Assembly (NCBI RefSeq): GCF_026210795.1
Contig: NC_089435.1
Coordinates: 1,426,001-1,490,000 of the forward strand
Reading direction: 5' to 3'
From: Rhizophagus irregularis
Taxonomy: Eukaryota
DNA length: 64,000 nucleotides
Shown here: positions 50,290 to 61,967 of the stretch, piece by piece
How the letters are laid out: each line of letters begins with the position of its first letter
Numbering within the stretch: the stretch's first letter is position 1
Notes under the pieces: model-generated
Told to the model about the DNA's origin: nothing
The model's database searches: none
What the model saw: only the letters and a program-made list of their open reading frames with translations
Position numbers and translations under genes: made by a program

Positions 50290-50990
50290 AAAAATTTTAA
50301 GTTGTTAGCAAAGTATCCATAACTATTAGAAGTATTACTGCAGTAATCACAAAATTTGTTTTGGCTTGGTGGATTAAGTCCACATTCTTTTTTGTATATG
50401 GATGTGATTTTTTGGATGTGAAAGACTGTGCAAATTCATTATCATTCCAAAGATAATCAATAAAAATTGCATCAGGTCCCCGAAATATATATACAGAGGT
50501 AAGGTGGCGGCCAAAAAAAAATTACTATTAGCTGTACGCATTTTTTCAGGGCCGGAATTATGAAGGTAATACCTTTCCACCAGGAATTATCTATAAAAAA
50601 AGATTTTCATATTTTTTTTTTGCTGATTTGCACGCAAACTTGAACCTGTATTTCTGGGTCCTATTGCATCCCGCCTTAACCATTCTCCAGCTGTTACTCT
50701 TCCAGATGTATTCCCTCAAACTAAACTGTGTTTTCAACAGGATATTCATCAAACATTTGCAATTGAGATTTAAGAGTATTGACGATAGGGTGTTGAATAG
50801 TTATCCAATATTGAATATCAGATATAAAGGCAAACATTACTTTGTCATAATTTTTTCGTCCAAACATTCTCATTACTGTCCATAAGTCAAATATTATTTC
50901 AACATATTGATCAAAATTATTTCCTCTAAATAATATAGAATATACATCCAATGTAACAGAAACTAAATTATCTAACAATCTATGAATGTG
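50290..50990 (-). pseudogene. Decayed fragment of a transposase-like gene
   Basis: LDNLVSVTLDVYSILFRGNNFDQYVE...RKNYDKVMFAFISDIQYW...FDEYPVEN, then NTSGRVTAGEWLRRDAI|FIDYLWNDNEFAQSFTSKKSHPYTKKNVDL and NPPSQNKFCDYC in shifting frames. The DEYPVEN motif resembles the third-acidic-residue region of DDE transposases (inference). Confidence 0.5.
50474..50662. mobile_element. 189-bp MITE with 14-bp imperfect TIRs and an 8-bp TSD
   Basis: ATTGCATC at 50466-50473 and 50663-50670; ends AGGTCCCCGAAATA and TATTTCTGGGTCCT; removing it restores RRDAIFIDY in the host frame. Confidence 0.88.
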
Positions 50991-51502
50991 TGATATCCAA
51001 AACCCTTGATTGTCAAATCGTGCTACAATATCTTGATATAAGACGCTTTACATGAAGACTCTTGAAGTCAAAAGTTCTTCATATATAATGCAATTTTTAT
51101 ATTACTGTCTTGTTATAAAATCATCAGAGTATTTATTTAAAAAAAAATTCTATTATTGTAATATTGTATATTAAAGATGGATACATAGTAGTTTATGAAA
51201 TACAAACAGTTAAACCAAAAAAAGAAACTTATATTCCTTACAATTGGTAAATTCTTTTTAATGGATAAGCAAAATGGTTAAATAAATTTTAATTAATCTA
51301 AGATTATTCTATTATTTAAAAAATATTGCATGAATATTTGGCGATTTGGTTAGTATCTTAAATTAAATGCATGTTCAGTTTTAATTTTATTTATTTATCA
51401 AGCCTTTAAAAATGGAAAAAACACGTCTATTTTTGCATTTTTGTAACTTCGAAAATCTAATTGCTTGAACGTTGTTATGACAAAAATTATATATTGTTCA
51501 GG

Positions 51503-54500
51503 TCAAACTAAATTAACAAAATATTTAAAAATATTAGTTCAATATCAATCCTTAATAAGCAAAGAATTATAAACTTACTCTGTAAATTTAAAGAGATTTG
51601 AGTAGACTCAATTTGAATAGACTCGGCACTAGCTTGCAATTCTGAAGTTAAATTGTCACTACCTTTAATAAACAGTTTTATTTTATCTTCATCAATATAT
51701 TAGTAATAAAAATAAATATATGGATGTGAATAATAAATAAATACCTTTGACTAACTTGTTAGTAACAATATTTACAAAACCCATTCTTTCAAATTCATCC
51801 AATATTTCATTAATAGTTGGTCTTTGTTCAGGTTCTTGGTTCCAACAATTTTTATAGAGTTTTTCATATTCTTTAGGGGTACCTAGAATTGTAACCTCAC
51901 GAGCACCATTACTAATAGAAACAGCAAGTGCAACTTTATTATCATTATCTTTAAATGGAGGATATCCACTAGAAATTTCCCACATCAATACACCAAAACT
52001 ATAGACGTCTGAAGATTTAGTATATGGAAAATTTGGATCTACAAAACGTCTTGGTTCCATATAAGCAACAACACCAAAATTACCAACATATGCTGTTGAA
52101 GTTTGATTATTTTGATTTTTTGAAATACCGAAGTCCATAATTTTAGCATTATTTTCATGAATAGCTATATTCTTAGAATGCTAAAATAAAGTAAACTATA
52201 TAAATACATTTAGTACTATAATGATATTAGGTAAAAATACTAATACTTACAAGATCTCTATGTAAAATATTTTCATTATGCAAATAATTTAATCCATCTG
52301 CAATTTGAAATGCTAATTTTTTCTTATCATTCCATGTCAAATCCTTAAAATTATTTTTGAGATAATTTTGAAGATCTCCGTCATTGGCATATTGCATAAT
52401 AAGAAGATATTCATTTGTTTTTGGATCTAAAGAAAAAATTTATAAGAAATCTTTAAAAAAAATAAAAAATAAAAATGCAATGTAGATAAATATTTCAAAT
52501 TACCTGAACTAATACCAAAACAACGTATAATTCTGTCACTATAATTAAGGTGCATATGCATTTTTAGTTCATGAATAAATGCATCTAATAAATCATTCTT
52601 AATATAAGTTGTATTAGTTAATTTTTTACAAATAACATAATTATTAGTTTTAGTCCAAATTGCCTTTGATATTGTTCCAAATCCTCCCGCATAAAGTCGT
52701 TCTGTATTTTTTAGTTCTTTATAAGATATAAATTTAACTTTTTCATATTTTAGAGCATTTTCAATCCATTTATTTGCACTTAAACATTCTTTTTCTGCAT
52801 TTTTAGACCAATTAACGTGCTTTTCTAATACCTTTTTCACTTTACCAATTCTATAAAGAAATCTAGGTCTATACTGAACATTACTAATTCCTTGCTGAGC
52901 TGCTTTTTGATACCAGTAAGAGGCTTCTTCTAAATTCTTTTCTGTTCCATTTCCATTTTCATAGCATATTGCTAAATTATTCATTGCAACTTCATTGCCA
53001 TTTTCCGCTGCTTTTTGATACCAATAAAAGGCTTTTTCTAAATTCTTTTCTGTTCCTTCTCCATTTTCATAGCATATTGCTAAACTATTCATTGCAACTT
53101 CATTGCCATTTTCCGCTGCTCTTTGATACCAATAAAAGGCTTTTTCTAAATTTTTTTCTGTTCCTTCTCCATTTTTATAACATATGGCTAAATTATTCAT
53201 TGAAACTTCATTATCATTTTCAGCTGCTTTTTGATACCAATAAAAAGCTTTTTTTAAATTCTTTTCAGTTCCTTTTCCATTTTCATAACATATGGCTAAA
53301 CTATTCATTGCAACTTTATTACCATTTTCTGCTGCTTTTTGATACCAATAAAAGGCTTTTTCTAAATTCCTTTTTGTTCCTTCTCCATTTTTATAGCATA
53401 TGGCTAAACTATCCATTGCAACTTCATTACCATTTTCTGCTGCTTTTTGATACCAATAAAAGGATTTTCCTAAACTCTTTTTTGTTCCTTCTCCTTTTTT
53501 ATAACATAAGGCTAAATTATTCATTGCAACTTCATTACCATTTTCTGCTGCTTTTTGATACCAATAGAAAGCCTTAGCTTCATTATTTTCAATACCAATT
53601 CCTTCCTCATAACATAAGGCTAAATTAAACATGGCAGCTTTATTACCATTTTCTGCTGCTTTTAGATACCAATAAAAGGCTTTAACTTCATCCCTTTCAA
53701 TACCAATTCCTTTCTCATAACATAAGGCTAAATTAAACATTGCAGCTTTATTACCATTTTCTGCTGCTTTTTGACACCAATAAAAGGCTTTGACTTCATC
53801 TTTTTCAATACCAATTCCTTCTCCATAACATAAGGCTAAATTAGACATGGCATCTTTATTACCATTTTTAGCTGCTTTTTGATACCAATAAAAAGCTTTT
53901 TCGAAATTCTTTTCTGTTCCTTCTCCATTTTCGTAACATACTGCTAAACTATTCATTGCTTTAGTATAATTTTTTTCTGCTGCTTTTTGAAACCAATAAA
54001 AAGCTTTTTCTAAATTCATTTCTGTTCCTTCTCCATCTATATAACATAATGCTAAACTATTCATTGCTTTAACATAATTTTTTTTTGCTGCTTTTTGATA
54101 CCAATAAAAGGCTTTTTCTAAATCCTTTTCTGTTCCTTTTCCATTTTCAAAACATAAAGCTAAATTAAGCATTGCAGTTTCATTGTCATTTTCTGCTGCT
54201 TTTTGATAAAAATAAAAGGCTTTTTCTGAATTTTTTTTTGTTCCCTTTCCATTTTCATAACATATGGCTAAATTAAGCATTGCAACTTCATTGTCATTTT
54301 CTGCTGCTTTTTGATACCAATAAAAGGCTTTAACTTCATCCTTTTCAATACTAATTCCAAATTGGAAACAATAACCTAATTTAAATTGTGCATTTTTATC
54401 CTTATTTTCTGCTGCTTTATGATACCAAAGAAAAGCTTTTTCTAAATTCTTTTCTGTCCCAATTCCATTTTCATAACATAAGGCTAAATTATTCATTGCA

Positions 54501-55114
54501 ACTTCATTGCCATTTTCTGCTGCTTTTTGATACCAATAATAGGATTTTTCTAAATTCTTTTCTGTTCCTTTTCCATTTTCATAACATAAGGCCAAACTAT
54601 TCATTGCAACTTCATTACCATTTTCTGCTACTTTTTGATACCAATAATAGGCTTTTTCTAAATTCTTTTCTGTTCCTTTTCCATTTTCATAACATAAGGC
54701 TAAACTATTCATTGCAACTTCATTATCATTTTCTGCTGCTTTTTGATACCAATAAAAAGCTTTTTTAAAATTCTTTTCTATTCCTTTTCCATTTTTATAA
54801 CATATGGCTATATTGTTCATTGCAACTTCATTACCATTTTCTGCTGCTTTTTGATACCAATAAAAGGCTTTTTCTAAATTCTTTTCTATTCCTTCTCCAT
54901 TTTCATAACATATGGCTAAATTATTCATTGCATATTCATTACCATTCTCTGCTGCTTGTTGATACCAATAAAAGGCTTTTTCTAGATTCTTTTCTGTTCC
55001 TTCTCCATTTACATAACATATTGCTAAATTAAACATTGCAACTTTATCACCAATTTCTGCTGCTATTTGATACTGGTAAAATAATTTATTTTCATTGTTT
55101 TCAAAATCAGACAT
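51503..55114 (-). CDS. Sel1-repeat (20x) tyrosine-kinase-like kinase (5 exons, ~1103 aa; last two exons tentative)
   Basis: Exons 55114-52504, 52426-52251, 52180-51745, 51662-51579 and 51507-51503 (sum 3312). Motifs AGGFG, VICK, HRDL|HSKN, DFG and SDVYSFG; two intron positions shared with the 413-2250 kinase. Confidence 0.88.
52889..55048 (-). repeat. Coding tandem array of 20 x 108-bp Sel1 units (plus one degenerate unit)
   Basis: Counted in the translation of ORF 52427..55114. Confidence 0.95.
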
Positions 55115-56419
55115 CTTTTAATAAAGTTGAAACTTAAAACAATTATTTTTAACTAAGATAGGTTAAAGTTGTAACGATCAACAGTTGGTGTAATAGAAGT
55201 GTTTTTCCGAAAAATTAATGTCACACAGGAAACACACATTCACTAATTTCATCACGGGTTACGCAAGCACGTAATGATTGACACTTATCATCCGCAGCAA
55301 ACCACAAATCACGTGTATACTCCTAATGTGATTCTGGCTGACCAATCAGGAATGGACAAACCAGATTATGTATAGTTTTCGCCTAGGTTCCCATTGGATC
55401 CGATGTGAAATTGGCTCGGATTCCATGAATGACTACAGAAGATATGGGTCCGGATGATTACAAATGATCACAAATCAAAAATTGATCAATCGGACTCGGT
55501 TCACCAGCCAGAATCAATGTAACTAGGGGCTAGCCATTATGTATAAGATGAATAAATAAATTCATAGTACTTAATATGTTGTTTTAAATAATATTTGTTC
55601 GAGAATGTGTAAATTAATTGGATAAATCTCATTAAAACTACCATAACAAATAAAATTTATAGCAATCAATTAAAGCATTTTCCCTTTTTACTTATTTAAT
55701 TTATTAGTAATTAGATTTTATACTGTATGTGTAACTGTAAAATAAAAAAAAATGAGTTTGATACTAGCGAAAATTCAATAAAATTAAATATTTCCGTTAT
55801 ATACGTAATAGAGTGACTTGAAATATCATTTTATTGCTTTAAAGAGGTCTGAGAACACTTTATTCAGTGTGGCTTTGATTCATGTGTGGTTTCAAGTGTT
55901 TAAATACCAGTTTATTTTTTAAGCTTTCAGTATCTTAGCACAAAGTGTATTATCGACTCAACCCGATAAATCATTTCTGACACTCATTACCCCGAGTCCC
56001 GACACTATTATCTTTTTTTTTTAATTTTTTTTTAGACGCAATAACCGAGACTATTTATCCAAAAAAAATATCCAAATAGCAAATTTCTTATATATATATA
56101 TATATATATATATTGTATTTTCTGAGCCTATATTGCTACAACAAACAATTATTATTTTAAATTGATGAATGGCATAGTTATATAATCTTTATAGAAATTC
56201 TATCTATCACATGCGGATCAGCAATTTTTTACGTTACAATTGTTACTATTAATTGACATGAATTGTACGACTATTATCGGGAAAATATATAAATAGGTAA
56301 CAAGAGATCAGCACATATTATCTCTTCAAAGCACAGAATTACGTAATGGTCGCCTGGAATTATCCAAAAAAAGAAGGATCTACACATTATTTTCATTCTA
56401 TAGTACGATTGTTACCTTT

Positions 56420-58060
56420 TTATTCTGGGAAAACCCATTTTCAAATCCTACAAGAATTATGACTTTATTGAAATTTATTTACATAATTTAAATGGAGCTT
56501 TAAAAACAAAATTAAATGAATATGGAATTGAAGGATAATTTATTACCTTCAAATACACTTTTCAATTATCCTAGTTTTATAAAATATTTGAATACATTAA
56601 GATTAATAATTCTATTTTTGCGTGGTCTATAGATGCTTTTAAAACTTTGAAATTGAAACCTGAAACAAGATATTTAATTAAGTTTGATCATTTTGAAAGA
56701 TTAATTCGAAGGTTATTATCTAGGCAAATTTACATACTTTTGATATTGAGCTCTATCATTGGGATTTTCATTTTGATAATATTTTAAAATTAATTATACG
56801 AAATCCAAATTTTATTCACAATATTAAAAATTTAAACCTTTATATTTGTAGTCATTATTATGGTTGTGATGAATATATTACAACTAAATATTATATATTA
56901 ATAAAATTAATTAATTTACATCAAAATCTTAAAAAAAAAAATTTCTTTAAATGCTATTGACTTTCTTTTATATCAATCATTATTATTAATAAAAGATTAT
57001 AATTGTTAAACACTTTAACTATTATCACATTAAGTTGCGTTGATTTTAAAGATATAATGAATTTAAATAAAATATTTGATCAATTTAAAGTTTTAGAATC
57101 TGTTCATCTCTTACATTGCCCTATAAAAAATATTGTCCAAACACTGTTCGGTTTTTTGTTCGGAAAACCGACCCCGTTCCGAACATTTACTTGACATTTA
57201 TTGGACATTCATCATGATATTGTACGTTTTTTATGTGGTTAAAAATTCTCAATCTCCGCATCTTGTACTAAATTGTAACAAATATTTTGTATAATAGCGT
57301 GCGAGTGTACGGAAAATTGACCCCATTCCGAATATTTATTGGACAAACATTTTTTATAGGGTTGTTATTCCTTAAATACTAGTTTTATTCAACAAATTAT
57401 TAATTTAAATAGACCATTTAAATTAAAAACTTTAATTATAAATGAGATCACAAATTGATGAATCATATCAATTATTATTACAAAAATGTGGTGGATATTT
57501 CGAGAATTTTTGGTGTTACTTTGGAGTTCAAAATGAACTATTATTTGAATCAGTTATAAAATATTGTAAAAATATTAAATCATTTTGATTAAAAATTTGA
57601 AAATCAGATTATTTATTTATCATTCGATCTGATTGAAAATTTGAAACAAAGTCTTAATTATCTTATAATCAAGATAACAAATAGGGAAAATAATATTGAA
57701 TGTAGTTCAATTGTATTACAAAATTTAGGACAAATCCTTCCTTTTAGATTAGAATATTTAGATTTGTGCCTTCACATTAAAATGAGTGATTTGAAGTATT
57801 CTTGAAAAATTCTTAAGATACTTTTATTAAGAAATTGTTGATCAAAAATATAGAAGGACAAGGTATTTTATCTTGTATAAAAAAATAGATTATGAAAAAG
57901 AAAAGAGTGAAGTATTTGGCTACTAGAAATTCTGAAAACTATGTGGAATTAGTTTTATATAAAGATGAAGTGGAGGAATTTAAGTTGTATGATATTAAAG
58001 TGCAAAGTTATGAAAGCTCAACAGTAAGTTTCATAAATTTTCTCGGAATTAATTATAAAG
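56420..58060 (+). pseudogene. F-box/LRR family B pseudogene interrupted by a MITE
   Basis: Fragments WENPFSNPT, YDFIEIYLHNLN, LLPSNTLFNYPSFIKYLNT, FDQFKVLESVHLLHC|YSLNTSFIQQIINLNRPFKLKTL, SSIVLQNLGQILPFRLEYLDL and KRVKYLA...KDEVEEFKLYDIKVQSY, with stops and frameshifts. Confidence 0.82.
57119..57361. mobile_element. 243-bp MITE with CCCTATAAAAAAT termini and a 3-bp TSD (TTG)
   Basis: Left end CCCTATAAAAAATATTGTCCAA, right end TTGGACAAACATTTTTTATAGGG; TTG at 57116-57118 and 57362-57364; removal restores LHCYSLNTSF. Confidence 0.9.
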
Positions 58061-58604
58061 TGGAGTGGTAATTTTAAAATATCAGATAGGAATGGTATAT
58101 TAAATATAATTGCTTACACATTTATCATAGCGAAAGAAAATTTACTAATGAAACTTATCTATGAAAATTCTGAGGAGGTTGATATATAGTAAGTCAAAAA
58201 GGTAAAAATAGCCCTACAAAATGGGTCATTATTCAATAGTACTGATATTTGCTCTTTACAAATAAATGAAATATATGATGAAAATTTTCGCCTATAATAA
58301 TTTTTAAGATCTTGTTACCTTCTGAAAACTGTATGTCTGTACGATTTTAATAATCGTCAATAATTTATGCTAATATTACAAATTACAATTTATCAAGTAA
58401 ATAATTTAGCATTGGATGTTAAAAAAATTATTTTTCAGATTCTTTATAAAGCTTTGAAAAAACGGATAAAATAACTAACCTTTCCTAAAAAGAATGTAAC
58501 TAGAAGTTATCAATAAAATTAATTTTTTAGAAGTATTTTCGAAAAAACTTTAGCATTATGAAAATACTACAGTACAAATATTTTTATAAATTTTATAATT
58601 ATTT

Positions 58605-58950
58605 CTTATTATTTTATATTACGTCAATTTTAAAACTTATAACTTAGGAAAAAAAAATATTTGAACAATTAAATGTATTAGAATCTGTTCATTTCATTTA
58701 TTATTATTCTTTTGATACTCATTTTACTTGATAAATTATTAATTTAACTAAACCATTCGAATTAATAAAAATCTGATGATTATTTAGAGAATTTTGGATA
58801 TGGATTTGGTTATAATAATCTATTATTAAATCAACAATTTCTTCAATTAATTAATTATAAAATATTATAAAAATATGATTTTTATGAATTTGAAAATCAA
58901 ACTATTTATCCAGCGTTCAATTTAATTGAAAAAATTTTGATCATCTTCTA
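58605..58950 (+). pseudogene. Second family B F-box/LRR remnant
   Basis: Fragments IFEQLNVLESVH, IINLTKPFEL and DYLENFGYGFGYNNLLLNQQ parallel the 56420-58060 copy. Confidence 0.65.
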
Positions 58951-59514
58951 TCAACGTCGATTAATTTTCCTACATGTTATATTGATTTTTTTTTAAAAAA
59001 AAATAATACTTCTGTAAATATATTTGATATAATATTTTATTTCTTTATTTAAAAATAAAAAAAAATTTAAAAAAAATTTGGGGAAAGAAAAAGGATAAAG
59101 AAAGAAATCAGTTTAAAAAACTAAGGGAAATTTCCGGAAAAAAAGAAATCCGAAAAAAAAAAAATAAATAAATACCAAAAAAATTCTGAAAAAAAGACAA
59201 TAATTTGGTCCAAAAAAGTGAAAAAAAAAAATTTTTTTTAAAAAAAAAAATCGAAAAAAATTATATAAAAAAAAATCGGTCTTAGAAGACCGAAACAATA
59301 GGATTATTTAATAAAAAAAAAATTCAGTTTTGGAAAAAAAAATGAAAAATTTTTTAAAAAAAAGAACCAAAAAATAATGGCAAGTCAGAGCATCGCATGA
59401 AACAAGTGAATTTCCATCATTTTTTTGCATATTTTGCACTGTTCTATAAACACTACAATTATATCTATTTTGTTATTGTGAATTGTGACATTTTATTATA
59501 TACCAAAAATAGAA

Positions 59515-60948
59515 TTAGACCCATTCAAAATTTTCATAACCACTAACACCAAAACCTATGGAATATTTTTCAACTATTCCTCTCATTTTATATTCATTGA
59601 TAAATTCATTCATTTGCTCGCTCTGAATATAATTATCAACACCTACTCTTATTAATATGGGATTCCTATCTTTCCAATTATCAAAAAATAATACCATGCC
59701 ACCGAATAATTTAATTATCGTGCTAGAAAAAAATTTAAACTTAAACAAACTAATCGGTGATGATTTAGCTAATATTAATAATAAATTGTCCCAACTAAAT
59801 TTATTATAATATTCATCATATACGTTAATAACTAATCCACTTAAAAATTGACAAGAAATTAATAAATTCTCAAATTCTGAGATAAGTGAATTACTATTAT
59901 TAATAAGTGACAGATGAAAATATTTTAGATTTGGACAATTTTGATAAATTGCTTGAATAAACATTTCACTATTATCATAACGATCACTATAAAGTACACT
60001 AATTTCAGTAAGATTTCCTTTTGTATTTTCAATTAAATTTGCCAAAACTTTAGGTGTGACTCTTCGTGTTCTTAGAGTCTTTAAATTAGGCAATGATATA
60101 TTTTCTAATTGATTAATATCAATAATGTTATAAGGTAAGTAAATTTCTAAATTTAATAGATTTACAAAATATGAAAGAAATCTCGTAATAGGTTTCCATT
60201 CAATTCTCAAATATTGGATAGTATTAGCATGTTTAATTAAAGATTCTTCAAGAGATTTATTAAATGATTCTTTTCTTTTCTTTAGTCTACCACGATGGAT
60301 GAGATTAACGATGTTTAAGTTTTTTTGTACTTCAATTAATTTAAAAATTCCAAAATTATTAGAATTAATACCAACACTTAAACTTTTAATCGATTTGCAT
60401 ACTTTAGCCAATCCTTCTATAACATTTTGATCAATATTACCTCGACAATAAAAGGATTCTAGTTCTGAAAAGCAATGTTCAAAACCAGTAATATGATGTA
60501 ATTGACAATCAAATTTATCTGGGATAGAAATATGTATATATTTCTTATCACCATTAATAAATAATTTCAATATCTCATTTCTTATAATGGACATTTTTGA
60601 TTTTTCAAAATTTTTTGAAGAAATTTCGTTTTCCAAAAAAAATAAACTCAAATATTTACAGAAATAAATATAATTAAATAAAGGTCGCTGATATGTTTCT
60701 GTAATGAGATTATTAATTCCTTGATTTTTCAAAATATCTCTTGACTCCTTTGATAAATGTGAAATTATTACATTAAATAGTAAAATCTTTGACTTTATGG
60801 TAACGTACTTCCAAGGATTTTTCCATAAAAGTGGAGCTGCTGTTACACACCAGGTTCTGTTAACTAAAAGGCATGAATGAAGCGTTTTTTTGTCATTTTT
60901 TATTTCTTCAAATATTAGGTAAAGTATATCTTTGTCGAGATACCACAT
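59515..60948 (-). CDS. F-box / RNI-like LRR protein (477 aa), family A
   Basis: MWYLDKDILYLIFEEIKNDKKTLHSCLLVNRTWCVTAAPLLWKNP ... YENFEWV; intact. Confidence 0.9.
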   Translation of the reverse strand: MWYLDKDILYLIFEEIKNDKKTLHSCLLVNRTWCVTAAPLLWKNPWKYVTIKSKILLFNVIISHLSKESRDILKNQGINNLITETYQRPLFNYIYFCKYLSLFFLENEISSKNFEKSKMSIIRNEILKLFINGDKKYIHISIPDKFDCQLHHITGFEHCFSELESFYCRGNIDQNVIEGLAKVCKSIKSLSVGINSNNFGIFKLIEVQKNLNIVNLIHRGRLKKRKESFNKSLEESLIKHANTIQYLRIEWKPITRFLSYFVNLLNLEIYLPYNIIDINQLENISLPNLKTLRTRRVTPKVLANLIENTKGNLTEISVLYSDRYDNSEMFIQAIYQNCPNLKYFHLSLINNSNSLISEFENLLISCQFLSGLVINVYDEYYNKFSWDNLLLILAKSSPISLFKFKFFSSTIIKLFGGMVLFFDNWKDRNPILIRVGVDNYIQSEQMNEFINEYKMRGIVEKYSIGFGVSGYENFEWV

Positions 60949-61439
60949 TTTTTAAAATTAAAAAAAAATTAAAAAAAATGACGTGAGAAATTTTCCTTTT
61001 TTATTTATACTTAATGAAGTTTGTGTACTTTGTGTAATAAATATTAACATAATGTGTCAATTGTGTCATGATGGTACGTGAAGATCCATGCGTCCATTCA
61101 CATGATTGTTAACCAATAAATCACAAATTTATCATTTTTCAAAAATGATAATAAGAGCCAATTCGTGAGAAATTAGCATTATTCTAACAATAAATTTTGG
61201 GGAATATTTCTATAACCCTAACATCTAGTGATCACGGAAGTATCCAAATATAGCACATTATATTTATCTCATTGAGTTGAATTGAATAATGAGAAATTAA
61301 TCTCTCTAAAACTGATGGATTGCAACATATCATATAATATTTTAAGAATTGATTTTTTTGAACTTATAAAAGGGTGTCTTTCATTTTTCATTTCCCCCAA
61401 AAAAATTCTTAAAATTTACCAAGAGATACCTAATTGGTA

Positions 61440-61967
61440 TACTGCAAATTTCTAAACTCGACAAATTTACAAAGGTGTGACAGAAATCCAGTAATAGGAG
61501 TCCAGTCAATTTTCAAATATTGGATAGTACCTGCATATGATACATCATTTATTCTGTCACGTAAACTCTAATAAATACCGATTGAAACCAACGTCATTTA
61601 GGTTTTTTATACTTCAATTAACTTAATGATTCCAGAATTATCAGCACAGTAATATACATAAACTTTAAGTGTTTTGATTGATTTGCATATACTAGTTAAA
61701 TCTTTTAAAACATTTTGAGGAATCATATCAGCATTACAATGAAGAAATTCAAGTTTTGAAAGCAACGTTCAGCTTCTGTAATGAGATGTAATTGATAATT
61801 AATATATCGTGGAATATAAAGATGAATGAACGTCGCATTACTATTACTAAATAATTTTAATATCTCATTTCTTATAATAAACTGTTGAAACTCTTCTATT
61901 TTAAACGAAGAAATTGTTTTGTTCAAGGAATATAAATCCAAATATTTTTAAGAAATCAATATAGCTT
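61440..61967 (-). pseudogene. Internal fragment of a family A F-box gene, cut on its 5' side by an insertion
   Basis: YIDFLKYLDLYSL...IIRNEILKLF...YQLHLITEAERCF, DNSGIIKLIEV and HAGTIQYLKIDWTPITGFLS; homology ends at 61967. Confidence 0.8.

Noticed and set aside
52969..55032. Plus-strand repetitive ORFs (LNYSLQLHYHFLLLFDTNK)
   Set aside because: Antisense frames of the Sel1 array; the periodicity is inherited from it
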